Below, piece after piece: positions 12,410-25,500 of a DNA stretch of 64,000 nt. Within the stretch, counting starts at the first letter, position 1; every line of letters starts with the position of its first letter. The stretch is from Azolla caroliniana (taxonomy: Eukaryota > Plantae > Polypodiophyta): NCBI GenBank assembly GCA_043228905.1, contig JBHGNT010000001.1, positions 21,762,001 to 21,826,000 of the forward strand, given 5' to 3'. The translations under genes were made by a program, and so were the position numbers. Under the pieces are notes generated by a model. The model saw only the letters and a list, made by a program, of their open reading frames with translations, was not told the DNA's origin and searched no databases.

Positions 12410-14737
12410 AAAAGGGAAGGTTCGAGTGGATGAATTAAAAAGAGCAGGAGATGAAATACGACACTTCATTGGATGGAATGATCCAGTAGACACACTATCA
12501 GCATTCACCCAAGTGAATGCACAAGATGTACTAGTCGAAGAGAAGCAAAAGAGAGCTCAGGAAGTTGATCCAGCAAAGAAACACTATCTTCGTACGACAC
12601 TTCATTGGATGGAATGATCCAATAGACACACTATCAACATTCACCCAAGTGAATGCACAATATGTACTAGTCGAAGAGAAGCAAAAGAGAGCTCAAGAAG
12701 TTGATCCAGCAAAGAAACATGAGACATGAGAACAAAAGAGATGGAAAAAGGGTGCTCTGAGTCGATGGAAGTTGATAAAGTAAAAGGGATGAGAAGCCCA
12801 TCTTTCAATCTTGCTTCAGACATAGAAGCAACAATGGATATAAAACAGGTACTAGAAACTAGAATATTGAATAGTAAGGTAGAATTTACTTTAAGAGAAG
12901 TGTTGGGTATAGCAAAGAAAGAATTTCATGAACTTATCATAGATATTATTAGAAGAAAGAGATAGGTGACGATGGAAGTTACATGAGAGTGCGTAGCAAC
13001 ACTCCAAGATTTGTATGGTGGCACCATTAATGTTGCAAGTGTAAAAAATAGAAATGATGTTGGGGTTCATGAAGAGGATAGGACTCACTATACAAGGGAC
13101 CATTGGGCTCGAGCAACAACGGAGGTACTTGCAAAAATTGAGGAGAAAAAAATTTCATGTATTGCGTTGATCGATGATGGATTAGAGATTAACATGATGT
13201 CATTGGAATTTTGCGCTCAAGGATGGTGGCCGATCGACAAGAATCATAGGTGGAAAATAAGAGCTGCTACAAAGACTACAGAGGATCTATTCAGAGCATG
13301 TCCCAGTGTGACAGTAACAATTGGAGATGTGTCAGTGAATCAAAATATCTTTGTGTAGGATCAATCAACCTACCCCGTAAGGATGGAAACAAAGGTGATT
13401 GATGATGTTTAGATTTCACAAGCATCAAGAGTCAAGATGGAAGAAAGATTGTCTAGTACTTTAATAATAAAATACAAAATATTATCCAATACTTTAAGTG
13501 TTCTGGATTAATAGATGATGATGAAGAAATTCAAGATATGTTTGAAGAATTAAGTTTTGAAGATGCAATAATGTATTTGGAAGTGGTGGAGGATGAGGAA
13601 GAAATTCAAGTTCCTGTCCATTTGATCAAGATGTACGAGGTCATTCAAGAAGTTGTTCGAAAGGATCATGAGGCACATGTCCTAACAAAGTACAAGACAA
13701 TGGAGAAGAAGGTTTGACCTATTGCTACTCCACTTCCAAGGGATAGTGAAAGGGGAATCAAAGAAGCGGCCACAGAGCGAATAATCAAAGACCAACAAAA
13801 GGTGGAACATGTATTTACTCTGGAAACAATACAATGGATGAAAATAGGAGAGGGTGACTTCCTATGACCTGCTGAAGAAAAGCACTTCAAGGAGATGTTA
13901 AAAATGCATGGAAAGAGTTCGCATTCCAACCTGAGGAAATAGCGTGTGTGGATCTAGAAATAGTGGAGCCCATGGTTATATTCACTATTCCTCATATTCC
14001 ATGGAATTTGAAGCCAATACCCATGCCTTGGGCTAGAATCCGTCAACTTTTAGAACTTTTGAAAGAAAAGATAAGCATGGGTATCGTGGAACCATCGAAT
14101 GCTCCTTAAGTTGGTGGTTCACTGGGTTAAAGAAAGATGGGCGACTCCGATTTATCCAAGATATACAACCCATGAATAAGGTAACAATCTGAAACTCGAG
14201 AGTAGGGCCAATTGTGGATGAGTTTGTTGGGATGTTTGCATGAAGAGCTATATATTCAATGGGAGGGAGACCTTTATTCTAGGTATGATCAGTTTCAACT
14301 TGTTATTAAAAGTCGAGATATTACTTCTATCAAGACAACTATAGGGTTAGTACAGATGTGTACCTTGCTACAAGGAGCAACCAACTCAGTGTCGTATATG
14401 ATGAATGGAATGAACAAGGTACTTCGTGATTTTATTCCTCACATTACAATGCCTATCTTAGATGATGTTCCGATTAAGGGATGCAAAGATGAAGAGAAAA
14501 ATCAGGAACTGGATGAAAATGGTTGCCGATTGTTCGTGGCCGACCATATTAAGGTTTGTGAAAAGATACTATCAAGGATGGAAGAAGTACATTTGACCTT
14601 ATCTTGGGCAAAAGAGATATTAATAGTTGGTCATATGTGTGACCCATATGGAAGAAAGTCATTCCCAACTAAGGTTAATGCAATTCAAAATATGCAAGAG
14701 GAATGTAAATCCATTCAGAAGTACAAAGGTTTCTAGG

Positions 14738-16368
14738 TATTAGAGATATGATCTAATGTAAGTGTATGATAAGGAGAAAAGATAGATAGATAAAAAGGAG
14801 AGAGAGAGAAAGAAGGGTGCCAATCCACCCGAGCACCCCCGAGCGAAGGGATTGAGACGGACTCGAGCCTCGATTGGCATCCCATACCACCGCCCTGGCA
14901 TTGAGTCGTACCTGATGTTGGCTCACTCGATACAAGAGTTGACCCACCACAAGAACAGAGTCTCGACGTAGTCAAAAGATATCATGAAATGAGGGTAGCT
15001 AGGCCTCTTATTTATAGCGATACCCAAGGCCCCTAGGCAAGTTCACATTTGGCCTAATGGGTTGTCTCAATCCCAAGGATTAAAAGTAATCCTCCCCTTC
15101 TTTCCACTCTCATTTAATCCTCACACTTATCCACGTGTATAGAATACTATGGTAAATTCTCCCCACGGGATATTATATGGTCATGCCCGTAACATACTCC
15201 CCTCTTTAAAACATTTCACTCTTGCAATAGAAAGTTAGGGAAGTTAGTTCTGAGAGTATTTTTGCGTTCCCATGTGGCATCTTTTATTGATTTATCCATC
15301 CATTTTATTTTAAATTCTTGGATTTCTGTAGTACATAATTTTTTTGTTTTAACATCGAGAATTCTTTCTAGTACATGTGGTTTAGAAGATAATTCTTCAG
15401 AAGTAACCAGAGTTTCAATTGTAACTGTATTGTCGCTAGAACCTAGAAGTTCTTTTAGACGACTCACATGAAAAACTGGATGAATTTCAACACCATCGGG
15501 AAGAACGAGATGATAGGCTGATGACCCAATGCGTTTGAGGACTGTAAAAGGTCCACAAAACCATGGGGCTAACTTAGCACACTTACTCTTACACAATGTC
15601 TTAGAATTGTGAGGTACACGTAAAAATACCTTCTGTCCAGGGTTGAATACACAAGGTTGCCTATGATGATCGGCATAAAAACACACTCTATCTTGAGATG
15701 TTTTTATATTATCTCGTGCAATATGCAACATATCTTGCATATCCCGAAGAAATTTTTGCGTACTTCGCAACTCATCATGACGTATATTAACATCAATCGG
15801 GGCTTGTGGCGGAAAACCATACATCAACATAAAAGGACATATCCCGTTGACGTATGCTTGGAGCTGTTATAAGCAAACTCCAAAATTGGGAGATAACATT
15901 CCCATTTTGTTGGTTTTGTACCAACGTATGCTCAAAGCATGTCCTCAATCATTTGATTTACTCATTCTATCTATCCATCGGATTGAGGATGATCCGTGGA
16001 GCTCATGCTCAATGTAGTTTCTAACTTCTTAAAGACTTGCGTCCAGAAGTCACTAGTAAACTTTGGATCTCGATCACTCACGATATCCATTGGTAACCAA
16101 AAAAAACGAAATAACTCATCAACAAATTGGTATGCCAATTCAGGAGCTGTTACCATGGTTTTAGTAGCAATAAATCTGGCCAGTTTAGTTAGTCTATCAA
16201 CCACAACCTAGATGGCATCATGGCCCTCTTGGGTGCGAGGAAGGCTAACAATAAAATCCATGGATATACTTTCCCTCTTTACACTCTCGTTTAACCCTCA
16301 CACTTATCGTGTATAGAATACTACAGTAAATTCTCACCACGGGATATTATATCATCATGCCCGTAACA
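14738..16368 (-). mobile_element. Internally deleted chromovirus (Ty3/gypsy) inserted in G0 RT
   Basis: TSD CTAGG at 14733-14737 and 16369-16373. 3' LTR 14738..15194 with PPT AAAGAGGGGAG. 5' LTR remnant ~16272..16368. The host frame RFLG|VCVFY rejoins across the insertion. Confidence 0.9.
15216..16265 (-). pseudogene. Integrase core, GPF motif and C-terminal chromodomain
   Basis: VDRLTK, IVSDRDPKFTS, HPQSDG, GPF…IHPVFHVSRLK, ERILD…IKW…ATWE. Confidence 0.9.
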
Positions 16369-17646
16369 CTAGGGGTATGTGTCTTTTACTATCGATGGAT
16401 TCTGCATTATGCCCATTTATTTGAACCCTTATATAGACTCCTAAGAAAAGGAGAAACATTTGAATGGACTGAAGAACATTCAGAGGCAATGAGGAAACTG
16501 AAGTCCTATTTGGCATACGCTCCACCGTTAAAACAACCTAACTACAGCCAACCCATATATCTCACAATAGACTCCAATCCTATTAGAATTGGACGGGTGA
16601 TAAGCCAACAAGATGGAGAAGAAAGGTATCTAGTCTGATTCAAAGCAAAGGTTCTTGATGGTCGATAAAGAAAATATGCACATGTAAAATGAGAGCTATG
16701 GGGGATAGTGACATCAATCAAGACAGATAGAGATTACTTGATTGATGCTGAAGTGATAATAGAAATGGATTGTTTGCCGGTTCTTGGTATCATAACTAAT
16801 ATGATATTCCAAATCAAGATATGTTAAGATGGTGCATCTATATTAGATCAATCATCCTTGAAGTTCGACATATCTCTAGGACTAGAAATGCATTAACAGA
16901 TATGTTATCAAGAGCAAGGTATAAGGAGGAGGAGATTCTAGACTCAGAAGATGAGGACAAAGAACAAACAGTCCTTACCACGAGCATTACCTGGGAAGGA
17001 GGAATGCAGTTTCTAGAAGAGGAGTATTCAAATGAAGAATTCAAGGAAATAGGGAAATATCTACAGACCCCTGACAAGTATAAAGGTCGATCTAGAAAAG
17101 AATTCGCACAGGTTCACAAGAGAGCCCACAAGTTCTTCCTGCACGAAGGATATCTGTGGCGACATCTGAAAACCAAGGCTTGAAACTCGCAAAGAGTTTA
17201 ATAGGTTCTGAAGGGCAAAGAAAGGAGATAATGAGAGAGTTGCATGATAAAGAATGGGCTGAACATCAGGGAGTGTGGGCAACTTTTATTAAGATTAAAG
17301 AAAGGTTTTGGTGGCCTCGATACTACGAAGAAATAAAAAAGTATGTGGAAACTTGCCCCACATATCAATATTACTCAAATATAAAATTTTGTGATGAATT
17401 ACACCCAACATACTCGTCGGGGGTGCATTACAAGCAGATGATAGATTTGGTAACCATGCCACTCAGATTAGGACAAAAAGAAATACTTCGTCCTTGCAAG
17501 AGAAGATCTAACAAATCAAGTGGAAGGACGTGCGTTGCGAACAAAGGGGACATCAGGAGTATGTCAATTCATCTTTCAGGACATTATTTGTAGATATGGA
17601 TGTATTGGGAAGATAGTGACAAATAGGGGAGAGCTCAATTTTACGG

Positions 17647-18381
17647 TGTCGTGTTGTTCCGCTTTCACGTAGGAAATAAGGCGGGACGGTCCCTGAATCG
17701 AGGAGCAAGAGAAAGAAGAAGGCGGGGTGGGAGAAGAGAGCACGCGTAGGATTGGTTAGGCCCGCTTACAACTGATAGCGCTTGCCAGCTGAATGAACCA
17801 CTAACGCATATACCGACTGAACAAGATCCACGCTCGCGTAAAGGGAGACTCACAGAAACACAGAGAGAGGGAAACAAGAGATTCGATTCCAATACCAGTA
17901 AAGGTTACAGTGTTTACAAGATTACAACCGGATAGCCGATGACAAACCCAACCCAGACAATCACACACCCACGCACACACAGTAGAGCCTCTACTAGAAG
18001 CACACGGGCTTTCCTCGAAGCAGAGGCAACCGGCTCAGAAAACCTGCAGAAAACAACAATAGAGGAGGAGAGAGCTTGGTTCCTAGTCCGACAACATCTC
18101 ATCTTCGCCAAAACACCCCCCTCTTTCAGCCATCTCCCCTTTTCTTTTATAAGCCGCCGAGGAGGGCCGTCACATCCTGAGTACATCATCTTTATTCTCT
18201 GTGCCTTCGGACAGAGATACGCATCGATTTCCTAGATAATAAATCTGTACTACCTAGTATATTTACATCAGTCGACCTATTCCTAATTATGTACACCTTA
18301 TCAATACTTGTGCCCGCGTGTAAGGGTTGGTTCATACACCTTTTTCACCGATTCCGCCTAAGCCCGGTTTTCTCCACGACA
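17647..18381 (-). repeat. 3' LTR of G3 (735 bp)
   Basis: Termini TGTCGTG…CACGACA; PPT GGTGGGGGTGGA at 18382-18393. Confidence 0.9.
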
Positions 18382-18479
18382 TCCACCCCCACCAAACCAC
18401 ACATCCATTGGCATGCGCCAAAGAGGGACAAATGCTGGAGAAAACCGGCTCGCATTCACCTGTCGCTCTCCGAAACTTC

Positions 18480-21400
18480 ATCCGCTCCGAACCGGTTATC
18501 ATCGTCATCCTCGCTTCCCGGATCCGGCTCGTCTTCATCCCGCTTCTTGAAGGCTTTGATCCTCTTCCCGGCTATCGGCACCGCTATCTGCATCCCATCG
18601 AGCTCCACAAGGTGGTAAGTATTGTTGGCATTTGCGCTCGTTACGGTGTACGGCCCAAACCACCTCCTTACAAACTTCCGCGCGTCCCCTTGTGCTGATT
18701 GTCGAGGCTGTTGTCGTAAACCAGCACCCAGTCACCTTCCTCGATCTTCTTCGACCATAGCCGGTGCGTTCGGTCGAACCAGCCCTTGTTCCTCGCCCTC
18801 GCCGTGTGTAGCTTCGCCTTAGCCCATTCCACGTCCTCCAGTCTTCGCTCGAGTTGTCGAATCCGCGCTGCCAATAGCTCCTCCCGGCTCATCTTGTCCT
18901 TCCAGTCCACCGCGGCCCAGGAAGAAATTGTCCGCTCCATCGGCATGATCAGTTTCTGCTCGTACATTAGCTCCGTCGGCATGAACCGGTGACTAAACTG
19001 TGCGTAGTTCGGTCCGCCCATAGTGTGTAAGGTAGGAGCCACGGCCAACTCCCGACTTGACCTTCACACACGCATACTAATGCCTTCACGATCGGCCCAT
19101 GCCCGCGATCTACCTTCCTGTTAGGCTCTAGGTTATACGTCGTAGTGAGGGAGACCTTAACCCCTAATCGGTCAAACAACTCTTTGGCTTCCTGCGCATC
19201 CAACTCTCCCCGGTCAACTACTATCTTTCCTACCCACCTGTACCGGCATACCACCTCTTCGATCAGGAACCGGTACACAGCCGTGGTCGTCTTGTTCTGT
19301 AGGGAGTGGCCCTCCACCTGATTCGTCAAGTACTCCTGCGCAAGCACCAGGGACCGCATCTGCCCTATCCCCATCGACATCGTCACTAAGTCTACCATCC
19401 ACTTGAAATGAGCAGTCAGTGGGTAGGCTGGGTGCAGCTCGTCTTGATGTCGCATCGTGGAGTGCATCTGACAGTTCTTGCATGTTGTTACGAGTCAGTG
19501 CACATACCGGTACAGCCCCGATCACCAATACTTCTCCTTCAGCTTCTCGAACGTGCCCCATGTCTTGCGATGTCTGGCCCAGGGACTCTCGTGGTACGTT
19601 GTTAGCAACTTCTCTCGCTCTCCCTTCCCTGCCACTACGTGGAGTGGGACGCCGCCTCGCTTCTTCGGGTGCCTCCATATGCTCTTGTCCCGCAGGAAGA
19701 ATCAGTACACCTTTTTCCGTATCCGGTTAGTTTCGTCTTTCGTCCATGCTGCGTCCGGCGTTATCGTCTTTAAGAACCTACCGATCGGGAGCCACTCCCC
19801 GTCGTACTCGCCTTCGTTAAACTCGTTAAGCATCGGAGTGCTCCCTGCCCTCATTGTCATGTAGGCTGACTCAAAAAAGTCCACGTCGACTTCTTCGAAC
19901 TCCGAAACCATGCCGGTCTCACCGTCGTACCATGCCCTAGAAAGCATGTCGGCCATGGTGTTGTCTTTCCCGAAAATGTGCCGAGTTTCTGGATTCAGAG
20001 ACTTGATGAATGTGATCAACCTGAGCATCGCCAGGTCCAGCGTCGTACATCCGGAAACCATAGCAAGGATCGGTAGGCAGTCCGTCTCGATTATCACATT
20101 CGTCCCGATCAAGTAGTCTTTATCGGCCTTGACGGCTGAAACGATACCCCAGAGTTCGCGTTTAACTTGGGCGTACCCTTGTTGCCGCTCACTTAGCACC
20201 TTCGCTCTGAACTGGATGGGGAACCTCATGCCAGTTTCTCCCCTTGGTTGACCACCCATCCTATCTTGGTTGGGCTCGTGTCTACTGTAACGTAAATTGG
20301 GACGTCCTTGCCATAAACCACTTTCCGGACTGTTGGAGTCGCGGTCAGCGCCTCCTTCAGTCTTCGAACCGAGTTTGCCTGCTCATCCCCCCACTCGAAT
20401 TTACGTCCCTTGTTCATCAACCCGTAAAGTGGCTCCGCAACATGTGTGCGTAATGCGGAATCCAGATATGGTAGAATGCGCACGCGCCTAGGAACCTCCA
20501 CACCTCCATCACCGACTTGCATTCTTCCTTCATTGCGGAGATGGCTTCTACCATTTCCGGAGACGGTTTCCGGCCGTAAGGCCCGCACAAATGCCCGACA
20601 ACTAGGATCTCCAATTGCCCGAACGCCGATTTCTCTCTAGAGTAGGTGAGTTGTGCGTCCTCAAGCCTTTGAAGCACCGTCTCATACTCGCTGATGTGGT
20701 CCACTAGTAATCTTCAGCAACCGTCTAGCCCAACCGTTTCGTCCTTCTCTCCCACCGGACACCCGTTTATCGCGATGTCTTCCAAGAATGGCATGGTGAT
20801 GTTTGGGATGCAATCCCTCAGCACCTTTTTCATTGCGTTCACCATGTGTGCCACTGAGTTGGTCCCTCCTTGCGGTAGGGTACACATCCATACTAGCCCA
20901 AGAGGAGTCCGCATCGTCATAATATCCCTGCTCTCCACGGCTAATTGAAACTGATCGTACCCCGAGTACAGATCACCGACCAAGTAAATCAACCTTCCGG
21001 CGAAGGCCTCTGCGAACTCGTCAAGGGTCGGTTCGAATCATGCATTCTGAATGGTCACTTTACTGATCAGTTGTAGGTCTTCAAAGAAGCACAACGTGTT
21101 GTTCTTCTTTGGCACGGTAAACCACCGATTCGAATATGGAGCACTCGACGGCTCGAGGATACCCATCTCGACCTTCTGCTTCAAGAGCTCCATCAACTTT
21201 GGGATGTGAGCTCTCGGTACCGGAATCGGCTTGAGAGTCCACAACACATGCGGTACCGTGAAAATCACCATTGGTTCCACGATCGTCGGGTCCACGCACC
21301 CGATCTCCTCTGGTGCGAATGGGAAGGCCTTCCCGTGCCTTCCGGGCATTCTCCAAAACCGCTCATCCTCCTTCGGAAATAGGAAACCACCCCCACCAAC

Positions 21401-21695
21401 CGGTGTCTTATGCATGTCGGATCTCGTAAACTTGGGTCCGACGCGACCCCTTTCATTCGTTCCCCACTGCCCTCCCCGTGATTGGCCTCACCTTCCGGTC
21501 CACAGTCTAGTATTCTGTATCCACGTAGGCCGTCCAATCCAACCTGACCCTTTCCCCGAAGTCGGCAATGACTTCGTACATCTCCACCAAGTTGACCAAA
21601 ATCACCCGGTCTTCACTAAGGCCCTCATCGACCACCTTTCCCATGTCCCCCAGGGTGTCGTCGAAAGAGACCGCCTCCACGACACTGCTAATTTC
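18480..21695 (-). pseudogene. G3 pol remnant (RT, RNase H, integrase), frameshifted
   Basis: ORFs 21038..21415, 20714..20992, 19702..20259, 18967..19467 and 18668..19048 parallel the G4 ORFs. Confidence 0.9.
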
Positions 21696-22234
21696 TGTTG
21701 GGAGACAGGTCCCTCTGGATGGTGCAGACCCAGTGAGATACGGATGAGGAGTACCCGGCTACGGAGAGCCGGATGGTGCAGGCCCGATGAGAACCGGATG
21801 AGGAGTACCCGGCTACGGAGAGCCGGATGGTGCAGGCCCGATGAGATCCGGATGAGGAGTACCCGGCTACGGAGAGCCGAATGGTGCAGGCCCGGTGAGA
21901 TCCGGATGAGGAGTACCCGGCTACGGAGAGCCAGATGGTGCAGGCCTGGTGAGAACCGGATGAGGAGTACCCGGCTACGGAGAGCCAGATGGTGCAGGCC
22001 CGGTGAGATCCGGATGAGGAGTACCCGGCTACGGAGAGCCGGATGGTGCAGACCCGGTGAGAACCGGATGAAGAGACATATTCGTAAATATGTTTCTGAG
22101 AGTCCATCGAGGCCATATTTTGTAAATAGCCGAAAAGTCATATTAGTATAAATATGGCTTAGGGCAAACTTTTAGTAACGTGGTTGTTATTATTATTTCT
22201 TGTCTGCGTGAGATCAGAGCGCGCAACAGTGTAC

Positions 22235-22266
<32 letters not shown>

Positions 22267-22547
22267 GTCGTTGCCTCTGTTGTAACCACCGTCTGTGGTG
22301 AAGATTGTGCGCACGAGGTCGTTGCCTCCGTGAACTCACTGCTGTACATACTAACCTAGTGATAGTTTGCAGCCTGTGGGTTGCCGTGGTTTTTCCCCTA
22401 GTTTGGGGTTTTCCATGTAAACATCATGTGTACCTCTTCTCTCCTTTTGTGTCGTGTGTTTTTCGTTTCCTGTTTTTCTTTTCTGTGTATGATTCTAAGC
22501 TCGGTTGTGGCCGAGCGTTGTGCATAAGGAGCGTTGAGTTCTCGTCA
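21696..22547 (+). repeat. 5' LTR of A1 (852 bp) with six-plus copies of a 54-bp tandem repeat and (AG)n
   Basis: Units start near 21715, 21769, 21823, 21877, 21931, 21985 and 22039 (partial). Confidence 0.95.
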
Positions 22548-22576
22548 AGTGGTATCAGAGCGAAACGACACAGAAA

Positions 22577-25500
22577 ATGGACGAATCGTTTGGCGGCATG
22601 TTCAAGCTCACCGGCTCCAACTATCCAGTGTGGAAGTCGAAGATGAGGGACATGCTCGTGGTTAAAGATCTATGGCTGCCGGTTCAGTTCGGGGACAAGA
22701 GACCGGACAAAATCGACGCCGCGATATGGGAGGTGATGCACATGAAGACAACGGCGTACATACGGTGCTTCATCGACATGAGCCTATACAACAACTTCAA
22801 TGAAGAGAGCAAGGCTCATGAGCTCTGGGAGAAGATCGGCATAATGTTTCAGAACAAAAATGTTGTTAATCAGGTTTCGGTATTCCGGAAGCTAGTAAGA
22901 CTCCGGTACCAAGATGGTTCCAGCATGGTGGAGCACATGAATGCCTTCCAGGGGCTGATTCACCAGGCAACTTCATTGGAAGTACCTCTCGCCGACGAGG
23001 TACTAGCGCTACTCCTGCTCGGTTCCCTCCCGGATAGCTGGGAGACGTTGGTTGTCACTTTGGGCAACGCCGGGCCGGAAGGAAAGCGGTTATCCCTAGC
23101 AAGAGTAAAGTCGAGCTTGCTAGATGAGGAGGCGCGTCGGAAAGATAAAGATACGAGCTCCGACTCCAAAGCGCTCCTTACCAAATCGGAACGTGGAAGA
23201 CATAGAAACCGTAGTCCCCAGAACCGGGAGAAGTCGGGGACAAGGTCAAAGTCAAGGGGGAGGCCTACTTGCTTCTATTGCGGCAAGCCAGGACACTTCC
23301 AAAAGAACTGTCGGCACTTCCGTAAAGACATGGAAACCGACGGCACCGATTCGAAGTGGACACCAGACCGGAACAGTAAGGACCGTAGGGAACCAGACCG
23401 GAAGGGAACGACGGCAATCGCGGCAACTGAAGAGGAGTTGATGCTCATCACCGAGGAGAGTGAGATAAACCTTGTCGGCGACGAGATGACCTGGGTGGTA
23501 GACTCTGGAGCGTCGTTCCACCTTACCCCGGACCGGAAATGCTTCTCATCCTACTCAGCCGGTGATCACGGCTGTGTCCGGATGGGGAATGAAGGTACAT
23601 GCCGAATTGTCGGCATAGGAGACGTGTGGCTGTCGACACCAACCAGATGCAAGTTGCAGCTGAGGGATGTCTGACACGTTCCGGAGGTTCGACTGAACCT
23701 GATATCAGCCGGTCGGCTAGATGATGAGGGCTACACGGGTAGCATCCGGAACGGTGTCATGAAGTTCAGCAAAGGGAGCCTGATTGTGGCTCGGGCCCGG
23801 AAGGTAAACACACTGTACCTGATGAATGCCTGGTTATGTCCAGAAGCAGTGAACGTGGCATCCGACACTGCCGGTGAGCTGTGGCACAAGAGACAGTGTC
23901 ATATGAGCGAGAAGGGGATGAAGAGGCTTGCAGACAACAACCTCATTCCAATGAAGAATGTGCACTTAGAAAAGTGCACTGATTGTCTGGCCGGTAAGCA
24001 GAACCGGACCTCCTTCCGACCAAGGCCACCGATGAGACGTAATGCACCAGTGGAGTTGGTGCATACGGATGTGTGTCAAGTAGATACGAAGTCACATGCC
24101 GGAGCGCAGTACTTCGTGACGTTCATAGATGACCACAACCAGAAACTGTGGGCCACACCGTTGAAGACGAAGGATCAGGTGTTATCCGTCTTCAAAGAGC
24201 TCCACGCGAGAGTGGAAAGAGAAACTGGCCAGAAGCTGAAGGCGGTTCGAGCTGATAACGGAGGAGAATACCGGGGGTAGTTCGAGGAGTACTACCGCTT
24301 GAAGGGAATCCTGCTCGAATTTACTGTGCCGAAGACGCCGGAACTAAACGGACTGGCCGAGAGGATGAACCGGACCATAATGGAGAGGGTCCGGAGTATG
24401 CTAGCGCATGCAAAACTACCCAAGAAGTTTTGGGCTGAGGCATTGTCGACGGCGACATATATGTGATAAATAGATCACCCTCAGTACCCTTGGACGGAGA
24501 CACGCCACAGAGAGTATGGACCGGTAAGGAAGTATCCTACCGGCATCTGAAGGTGTTCGGGTGTCTCACGCACGTGCATGTAGCTAAGGACCGGAGAGGA
24601 AAGTTAGATCCAAAGACCCAGCCATGCATATTCCTCAGTTACGATGACGATGAGTTCGGCTACCGAGTGTGGGACCTGGTCGACAAGAAGGTATTCTAGA
24701 CTCGAGATATTATCTTCATGGAGGACAGAACGCTCGCCGACTAGGAGTCGGAGAAGAAGATAATGAACTCTGAGTCGACCGGTAAGGATCGACTCTACGA
24801 TGAACAGTCCCAACCGACACTAAACCCTAGCACTCGAGGAACCAGCCAGTTACAGTGAGGATACCGAACGGGCTGAAGAAGAAGTAGAGGAAGCTGAAAC
24901 CAGAACCGGCCAAGACCTCGAATCGGATTCGGATGAAGAGCAAATGGAGGAGCCGGTTACCGAAGCCCGAAGACGGAGATATCCTCTCAGAGAGAGAAGG
25001 GAGCCCCGGAGATTTCCGGATGCAGAGCATGTTTTGCTGACCGATGAGGGGGAGCCGGAAAGCTTCGAAGAAGCGAAGGAAGACACCCACAGCCGAAAAT
25101 GGTTAAGTGCCATGCAGGATGAGATGGATTCCCTACATGAGAACCATACGTACGAATTAGTAGAGTTGCCGAAAGGAAAGCGGGCACTCCGAAACAAGTG
25201 GGTGTACAAGTTGAAACCGGGAGATGTCGGCAACCCCCCGAGATACAAAGCTAGAATCGTGGTGAAGGGGTTCCAGCAGAAGAAGGGCGTGGACTTCGAC
25301 GAGATATTTGCCCCGGTAGTAAAGATGACCTCCATCCGGACGGTGCTGAGTATAGCGGCAAGCTTGGACCTCGAGGCAGAACAGCTGGACGTGAAGATGG
25401 CATTTCTTCATGACAACCTCGAAGAGGAGATCTACATGCAGCAACCGGAAGGATTTGTGGAGAAAAGGAAGGAGCACCTGGTTTGTCGGTTGAAGAAGAG

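Larger units (their letters stand above)
12410..17646 (+). mobile_element. Old AT-rich Ty3/gypsy internal region G0 (gag end, PR, RT, RH, IN fragments)
   Basis: HWARATTE…ALIDDGLEIN, DLYSRYDQF…PILDDVPIKG, DMLSRAR and HQGVWAT…CPT; collinear with G3/G4. Confidence 0.9.

Noticed and set aside
2330-18381. Large terminal-inverted-repeat element formed by 2330-3052 and 17647-18381
   Set aside because: These are two LTRs of one family in opposite orientation; the second has its own PPT and pol.
21715-22075. CRISPR-like regularly spaced repeats
   Set aside because: Head-to-tail 54-bp units with no unique spacers, inside an LTR, with no cas genes.
21231-22151. 306-aa repeat-protein ORF and similar ORFs at 26464-27035 and 35391-35945
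   Set aside because: Open frames produced by tandem units in LTRs; several cross insertion boundaries.
22235-22262. (AG)n microsatellites
   Set aside because: Ordinary LTR components of the A and B families.
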